In this document: piece by piece, positions 52,102-60,578 of the stretch
Layout of the letters: each line of letters starts with the position of its first letter
Numbering within the stretch: the stretch's first letter is position 1
Assembly: GCF_001194135.2 (NCBI RefSeq)
Contig: NC_068988.1
Coordinates: 31,137,907-31,198,484 of the forward strand
DNA from: Octopus bimaculoides
Lineage: Eukaryota
Direction: 5' to 3'
Length of the DNA stretch: 60,578 nt
The notes under the pieces: model-generated
The model's input: only the letters and a program-made list of their open reading frames with translations
Told to the model about the DNA's origin: nothing
Database searches by the model: none
Translations under genes and position numbers: made by a program

Positions 52102-52387
52102 TGAATTTCTAATATATGCATTAGCATTTAGTTAAATCAGACATAAATGTATATGGCAAATATATATACTGACGGGACTATTTAGCCAGACCAGTGATTG
52201 AGTAGGCGAAACTAGTCTAGTCCAGCGATCATAGAGCTACTCAGGGGGCGGTTATTTTCTCTGTCAGTGTATATATATATTGTGCACTTCGTAAAGCACT
52301 AAGAGACTTTAACTCTTATTTCTTGTAAATGTATGTATATATCTATATCTTACAGAGGGGGGGGGGGCTAAGCGGTGATAAATTTAA

Positions 52388-52820
52388 CTGCAATGTTACA
52401 ACCAGTCTAAATATGCTTGAGGCACGTTGGAACCCGAGGAACAAGCCATTCACTCTGTTTTGTCACAGAGAAAAATTTCTCGCTGTTAACATGTCAACAG
52501 CAAGAAATTGCAATTATACTTATCACTGCTTAGAGCTCGCCTTCTGCTGCCGCATAGCGGTAATTGTACGGTAACTGAAATAACATAAGAGAGATAATCT
52601 CTTTGATCAGTTCGCAGCGTCACCTTTTTGGTTTCTGTAACTGAAGAAGAGACAACTACTCCAAAATGCTGGCATCTCACAGTCTAGGTAGGTTGTGCTA
52701 ACTGATCTGGGCGTATCGACACCATTTGTCACCAGCGAGAAATTTTCTTCATGACACAGTGAATAGTTGTTCCTCAGTTCGAAGTGCCTCAAGCATATTT
52801 GGGCTGTTATTAACAATGCA

Positions 52821-52822
<2 letters not shown>
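52388..52822. mobile_element. Foldback/MITE-like element with ~100-bp imperfect arms
   Basis: AAATATGCTTGAGGCAC...GAGGAACAA..ATTCAC...AAAATTTCTCGCTG is mirrored at both ends. Confidence 0.7.
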
Positions 52823-52853
<31 letters not shown>

Positions 52854-52863
52854 TGTATGTATG

Positions 52864-52905
<42 letters not shown>

Positions 52906-52918
52906 CCTACCTACCTAC

Positions 52919-52977
<59 letters not shown>

Positions 52978-53127
52978 AGTTGTATGGTTTTAGAGATAAG
53001 TATAACAATCAATATTGTTGCCACGCCTTAGAGATGAAGTTTCACTTCCAAAAAGAACCTACATTGGAGTTTTATTTGCTATCTGTTGGAACGGAACTGC
53101 GAAACTTGAACAGCTATTAATTCTGTT

Positions 53128-53173
<46 letters not shown>

Positions 53174-54978
53174 CCTGTGTTTCCTTTTCTCATCTCTCTT
53201 TTGCTTTTTAGTATATCAATATAATAAAGTATATTTGTGACCCAACACATTTCTAGCTCTAACAATTTAAACATTTGTCTGTAATGACAATAGGTAGATC
53301 AATTACATGGTTTTCTTCTTACCTTTAATTTCCTTATATGCACTGTCTCATAGAATAGCAAAATATATTCACCTTTCATATTCTAATTTCTGCTTTTTTT
53401 GCCGCTACCTTATTTTTGGCTGATATTAATTTCCTTTCAAGTTCTGTACGTAAACTCAAATTATTTCGAAACAGGCAATCGACTCTCTTTAATAATTTCT
53501 TAAGAAACAAAATTTCTTGAATAAGAAGCTTATATAAATTATGCATAAACCTATGAATCTAGAAGAGACCGTAAACTCATTTTGGTTCTGTATCCACCAC
53601 TAGTACAAACCGTTTCCCCCCAGGCTGTCCTTTCTCGATAAAATAATGTTGTGCAAGGAGATTTAAGGCAGTAAAAAGCAACCTAATTGTCTGTTTTCTT
53701 TAATTATACTCTTACAATATGCATGTAAAAGTTACTGATTTGTTAAACTTATATAAGGTATATTTTCTACACATGGGTGCTGTTGATAATAACCAGGCAA
53801 TAGATGATAGTTTCTTTTTTTCCAACTCTCTTAAAGTTTTACGTTAGCCGTATTACAAAACGTTAGTTTATTAAGATATATATGTAACGTGCCTTAGTAC
53901 TTCGCTGGTTCTTAATTTATCGATTTAAGAGATTGAAAGTAAAGTCAATGCTGAAAATTTAATCTTTGAACGTTAAGACGAAATACGTATATGAAAAGTA
54001 TAACACTGAAACATTTCTGTCATTCCACTTCCTTTTAATATCACTAATCAACTAATCAGCTCGAGAGATTGACTGAATCGTTAAAGAATCGAACAGATCT
54101 CCTTAGTTCTGTACTTTCAGGTTCTGAGTTCGAATTCCATTTTAGTTGATTTTTTACTTACATACTTCTGTTAGTGGGTCAGCAAAATGAGTACTAGTCG
54201 AATAATGAAGTCATGAGCACATATGAAAAAATCAGTATTTACTTAATGGATGACAGTTTCTTCCTGTCTGAAGTGCATGAGCGATATGTCCTCAAGTGGC
54301 TATGGAAACCAATCCTCGATATTGCAGTGCGTGTCTTTTGGCATGCGTTCAATAGTTTTAGAGTGAGAGTCAATCAGCGCAATCGGATCATACTCTTTAG
54401 ACCCGAAGGGCTGAACATAGTGGCTCAGTGGGTTCAGATAGCTGCGGTGACCACCAAACTGTAAGTTTTACATTAGAGTTGTTTTCTAGGTGAATTACCT
54501 TACAAAGCTGGAAAACTCCATCTTCACTGAAGTTTTCGAAAGGGTGTCAAAAGAGAGCCGGACTGCCTGAGCGACATGAAAGTATTTATTTAATCAATGA
54601 ATTATTATCAATATTTAATAACATGTTCAGAATATTCTGCTGGAATATATTTTAGACTAATGTCCGTAATACATATTTCCACGGTTATTACTTTTTAGGT
54701 TTGCATTTACAATTTACATTTCCACAGTTACTTCAGTTATATTTTTATGTTTGATTGTTACTTTCGGAGATGAGTTCTATTATTTCTGTACCGAGTATTT
54801 ATTTTCTATAAATCTATTCATATCTTGCAATGATTTGAATAATATCCGGCATTCATACCTAACACGGAGTTACATTTCATTTGCACACTGGACCTGTTAT
54901 TCTCTTTTTTGTGATTAAACAGAAACTCAAAGTACATTCTAGTGTCACCTGTTGTAGCTTTTACCACTCATTCAAGTA

Positions 54979-55039
<61 letters not shown>

Positions 55040-56449
55040 CTCCGAATACATTTAGAGCACTTTTATAAAAAGACATACAATCTCTCTTTGATGTCATTCT
55101 ACAACACAGTCTCTGTTTCTCTACTAACAATCCCATGATATTTTAACTGAGAGGAAAATTTCATAGTGATAACATAAATCTATATTTTGTGTATATAGAT
55201 TTAGAAATTTTTATTTACACAAAAATAGATTTACAAAAATCTAGCTGTATATATGGTATTATACACGAAAAAAAATGATAATTTTCCGAGATTTTTCCTT
55301 TATCAATGAGTATCAGAAGTATACCTGATCTATTATTGATTCAATGGTTATCTTTCAATATATTTGATTCATATTTTGTGATCAATACCACATTATATTA
55401 CATGTTTATCTGTTATCTACAAGTTATTTAAAATAAAGATCTTTTCAAATTAGAAATATATTATATTTTTATTGATTTCATGTTTTAAAAGTAAATTGAT
55501 TTCTTATGTTAATAAACATTATATTAAATAAAAATTATTAATAAAATATATAAAGCGTACTTTTCATGAAATGGCTTCATAAGCATCACTTGTGATTGCA
55601 ACATAATTGATGTTGTTGTTTAACCCCAGGCCAAATCTGATCAACCATACCTATGATCAAAGTTGTTCTAGTTATGACCATTTGTTTTTCAGATATTGTG
55701 TATCTAGGACAGCATCATCCACTTAATACTTTTGTTCTTAATAAGTATGATTTGAGGGAGATTTGGCTGCTGTTTCTGACAAGGGAAGCAACATCGCAGA
55801 GGCGCATTCTTTGGCTCGAAAAGAATCGATAGTTTTACTTAGTCGCTCTAGGAAGCAAAATTAAGTTATACATCCTTGTCATGCACATTTAACCCTTAAA
55901 ACTGCCTCATTTATATGAAAGAATCACCATATCGTGGTTGAGAGTCGGATATTTCAGACACAACTCATTCCTTGTGGTGTCTTCAAGTATACTTCACGAT
56001 AAATAGAGTGGATGGAACTTGAGTTCCCATTCGACTCAATATATTGTCGGGATTGATTCCGTTACCTTCGCCTCTTTGCAGACACAAACAGTGAGCTTTA
56101 ATGCTCGGTGTCCTCCTAGTCATACTGCTTTTAAAGCCTGCGGGACTTGGACCCCTCGCCCTGTTATAACATCGACGTAGCTATGGACAAAGAAATACTT
56201 ACTCATAGGGACATACTTAGACAAAAGCTAAGAAGTGGTCTTACAGTACGCTGGACATTAGTCTGGAATCTTTTAGTTACCACGATGTATTGCTGGATAT
56301 TCTTTGACCTTATGTTGGATTTATCGTTCCTTTTGACAGGTATTTTTTATGTCCTGTTGGATCTTTAACAACCAACTCCATCAGGTAAGGCTAGTGAGAA
56401 CGGTTGCTTCGACTAATAGATTATAGATATATATATATTGGAGACGATA

Positions 56450-56655
56450 AAGAGCGGCGAGCTCGCAGAATCTTTAGCACGCTGGGTGAAATGCTTAGCG
56501 GTATTTCGTCTGCCGTTACGTTCTGAGTTGAAATTCCGCCGAGGTCGACTTTGCCTTTCATCCTTTGGAGGTTGATAAATTAAGTATCAGCTGAGATGTA
56601 ATCCACTATCCCCTCCCCCAAATTTCAGGCCTTGCGTCTATAATAGAAAGGATTA
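56450..56655 (+). mobile_element. SINE family A, full length
   Basis: GCGGCGAGCTCGCAGAATC head to AGAAAGGATTA tail. Degenerate relatives lie at 53890-53985 (-) and 54040-54200 (+). Confidence 0.9.
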
Positions 56656-57069
56656 TAAGATCTATTTGACTGCGTGGACACAATCTTTTCATAATAAGCC
56701 TCACAACAACACACTGGAATGATTATACAAAAATAGTTCGGACATGTATGTGTTCATGCGCAAGTCCCAAAGTCCAAGTCTTAAATATTTTCACTTTTTT
56801 TCTTCCTTTATAGATTAGTGGAATGTAACGAGTAAAACTGGGAATATTTCTCACTGTTTCAACCAGCGCAAATTATTTCTTTATCTTCCCTTCTATTTTG
56901 TGCAAGAATAACAACTTAATCTTTGTATATATAAATCAAATCAGTTCAATGTCAATAAGTTTTATTACTACCATCAGTCTGTAAAAAACAGCTATTCATT
57001 CATCCTATATCTTACCTTCAGAAATATTTATTTTCTTACAAGAATTGATTTGCTGTTATTGTTGCTGCT

Positions 57070-57227
57070 ATTCTCCTCCTCCCCTCCTAACATCCCCCTT
57101 CCCCTCCTCCCTTCCTCCCCTCCTCCCTTCCTCCCCTCCTCCCCTTCTTCTTCTTCTTCTTCTTCTTCTTCTTCTTCTTCTTTTTCTTTTTCTTCTTCTT
57201 CTTCTTCTTCTTCTTCTTCTTCTTCTT

Positions 57228-57263
<36 letters not shown>

Positions 57264-57320
57264 GATATATCTACTTAACTTCTTTCCTCCGAGAATTGAT
57301 TTATTATTACCAATACATTA

Positions 57321-57361
<41 letters not shown>

Positions 57362-57371
57362 GTTGTTGTTG

Positions 57372-57409
<38 letters not shown>

Positions 57410-57410
57410 G

Positions 57411-57462
<52 letters not shown>

Positions 57463-57488
57463 CATTATTAGTATATTATCATCATCAG

Positions 57489-57521
<33 letters not shown>

Positions 57522-57598
57522 TATCATAACCATCACCATCATCATCATCATCGTCATCATCATCATCGTCGTCATCACCGTCATCATCGTCATCACCG

Positions 57599-57651
<53 letters not shown>

Positions 57652-57654
57652 TTC

Positions 57655-57689
<35 letters not shown>

Positions 57690-57730
57690 CTTCTTCTTCT
57701 TCTTCTTCTTCTTCTTCTTCTTCTTCTTTC
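57070..57730. repeat. Compound microsatellite (CCT/CCCT)-(TTC)-(ATT/GTT)-(ATC/GTC)-(TTG)-(TTC)
   Basis: Directly visible. Confidence 0.95.
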
Positions 57731-58998
57731 TGTCTTCTTGTGTATTTGTAAAGTATTTCACAGGTTATGGTCCACCGCTGCAACACCTACCTTTTACTGG
57801 TCATTGAACATGGTTAATGATAATATATTTTAACCGTTATTATATCAGTTAAAAAAAGTAAAAACAACAACAAAAAAAATGTGAAACAAAGAAGACATAC
57901 ACATAATATATGTACTTAAGCGGATATATACACACATACACGCGCACACATACGCACAAACACACATACATACACACATACATAACACAGAAATGTATTT
58001 ATATACATGTATGTATTTATATGCATACATTTATATATTTATAATAATCTATCTATCTATCTGTTTATCTATTTATTTATCGATCTATGTATATGTATAC
58101 GCGACTCTACTCGAAAATGTAGACGATACAAAAAGACAGAAAGAATATATGAATATATATGTATATATATATATATNNNNNNNNNNNNNNNNNNNNNNNN
58201 NNNNNNNNNNNNNNNNNNNNNNNNNNNNNNNNNNNNNNNNNNNNNNNNNNNNNNNNNNNNNNNNNNNNNNNNNNNNNNNNNNNNNNNNNNNNNNNNNNNN
58301 NNNNNNNNNNNNNNNNNNNNNNNNNNNNNNNNNNNNNNNNNNNNNNNNNNNNNNNNNNNNNNNNNNNNNNNNNNNNNNNNNNNNNNNNNNNNNNNNNNNN
58401 NNNNNNNNNNNNNNNNNNNNNNNNNNNNNNNNNNNNNNNNNNNNNNNNNNNNNNNNNNNNNNNNNNNNNNNNNNNNNNNNNNNNNNNNNNNNNNNNNNNN
58501 NNNNNNNNNNNNNNNNNNNNNNNNNNNNNNNNNNNNNNNNNNNNNNNNNNNNNNNNNNNNNNNNNNNNNNNNNNNNNNNNNNNNNNNNNNNNNNNNNNNN
58601 NNNNNNNNNNNNNNNNNNNNNNNNNNNNNNNNNNNNNNNNNNNNNNNNNNNNNNNNNNNNNNNNNNNNNNNNNNNNNNNNNNNNNNNNNNNNNNNNNNNN
58701 NNNNNNNNNNNNNNNNNNNNNNNNNNNNNNNNNNNNNNNNNNNNNNNNNNNNNNNNNNNNNNNNNNNNNNNNNNNNNNNNNNNNNNNNNNNNNNNNNNNN
58801 NNNNNNNNNNNNNNNNNNNNNNNNNNNNNNNNNNNNNNNNNNNNNNNNNNNNNNNNNNNNNNNNNNNNNNNNNNNNNNNNNNNNNNNNNNNNNNNNNNNN
58901 NNNNNNNNNNNNNNNNNNNNNNNNNNNNNNNNNNNNNNNNNNNNNNNNNNNNNNNNNNNNNNNNNNNNNNNNATATATATATATATATATATATATAC

Positions 58999-59033
<35 letters not shown>

Positions 59034-59347
59034 CGTGTGTGTGTATATATGCAATATAATTTAATATATTTTATATAGTGTATTTTTACATATATACCTA
59101 TGTGTATATATATATATATATGCGTATGTGTGTGTGTGTGTGTACGTGTGTGCGTGCGTGTGTATATATGTACATATCTGTTTGTGTGTATGTGTTTGTG
59201 TATAAAAGCATTATCTATTCTGTCTATGTATACATGCATATATGTTTGTGTGTATACATATAAGGAAAAAAAGAGAAATTGGAAGACAGAGAGAGAGAGA
59301 GAGAGGGGGGATAGAAATAGAAAGAGAGAAAGAGATAGATAGATGAT

Positions 59348-59419
<72 letters not shown>

Positions 59420-59540
59420 AGGGGGATCAACCTAGAAATAGAAACAGAAAAAGCGGTCATATATTCAGATATTTAGAGACTGAGTAGTCAGAGAGAGCAG
59501 AAGTGACTGGGAAAAATCTATATGGTATTTTATTGTCAAT

Positions 59541-59608
59541 CGAAGCGCTTCGTGAACAGTTCGCATCAGGTTTCCTACGTGACATGACGTGACTTTTATA
59601 TAAAAGTC
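59541..59608. promoter_or_regulatory. Candidate promoter-like motif cluster
   Basis: Palindrome CGAAGCGCTTCG, TTCGTGAA, tandem ACGTGAC, TGACGTGA, and palindromic TATA GACTTTTATATAAAAGTC. Motifs only; no transcript evidence. Confidence 0.25.
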
Positions 59609-60023
59609 TACCCAATTCCCTAGTGACCTCGCTAGCAATATAGATAGGTACCAAAGAAAAGTTGACAGCCAATGTTGTTTAGAATGGGGTCATCGTTTTT
59701 GCCGTTTCGCCCCAAGTCACCTCTGGCTGAGTAGACCTTTAACCTAAGTCATTCAAGATGTGACAGCCTGGTTTTTTTCATTGTGTAAAGTAAACGCGAG
59801 AAAACATTATCCAACGTGTCGAATTTTAAGTCGAATTTTAATACTGACAAGTGTGATTTGAAGGAGATCGGCTGCTTTTGTTACAGGTTGACCGACCACA
59901 TAGAGGCTTGTGTGTTTTGTTAGAGTCTCTATATATATGTAGCCTTACTATTGATTAGACTGTGAATATTAATTCTTCAGTGTAACTGATACAACCAATC
60001 TCTGTCTCTCGTACAATCAGTCC

Positions 60024-60119
<96 letters not shown>

Positions 60120-60240
60120 TCTCTCTCAGCCTATGTACGTATGCATGTATGTATCTATGCATGTAAATATGCATGAATGTATACATGTATGCATGTAAAT
60201 ATGTATTTACTTTCTATCTATATGTATGTGTATAAATGTA

Positions 60241-60317
<77 letters not shown>

Positions 60318-60578
60318 CATCATGGACGGACGGTAGACACATCGGCTCCCATGTAAGTTGCATTTTTCACCTCTTAAAAGACCTATTTTGTTTTTAAATT
60401 TTGTATAAGTTGTGTATAACACAAAATACTTCGTGAACATATATTTTTCAAATCGGAAATAGCTCTATTTAGAACCTTATTTCCAAAAATTCAAACACAT
60501 CTTCCTCGTTCCTAGCCATATTCTGTAAAACGAATATGGCTATGGTATACAACAAGGCCGATTTCCCGCCTCTAATGC

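Noticed and set aside
54213-54464. ORF with LMDD and RVN strings suggesting a reverse transcriptase
   Set aside because: Too degenerate to support; no further RT motifs found.

Overview
This is eukaryotic, AT-rich, repeat-dense DNA. It is most likely from an octopus or other cephalopod; this is inferred from the SINE families and microsatellite load and was not verified. About 17 N-gaps, almost all bounded by microsatellites, suggest a short-read scaffold. I found no recognisable host protein-coding gene, and nearly all long ORFs in the track are translations of gaps or microsatellites. The window is a transposon graveyard: a decayed ~2.8 kb hAT (3460-6272), a full-length decayed Hsmar1-like mariner (43277-44539), a Helitron Pif1-helicase remnant (22704-24508), Penelope-like GIY-YIG remnants (45374-45864 and probably 7991-8500), several R4/Dong-type RLE LINE pieces at (TAA)n tracts, an RTE fragment, a 5S rRNA pseudogene, and many tRNA-derived SINEs, some in head-to-tail trains. 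The most unusual observations are five. (1) An array of 11+ palindromic 19-bp repeats with variable purine spacers lies just upstream of the Helitron. (2) There is one apparently intact hammerhead ribozyme and two decayed ones. (3) A ~670-bp telomeric array starts at a TTAGG inside a truncated SINE. (4) A base-precise inversion splits a Dong LINE ORF and is linked to a ~550-bp local duplication. (5) A cluster of inverted repeats and hairpins spans 49.2-52.8 kb. I cannot confirm a new biological system from sequence alone.
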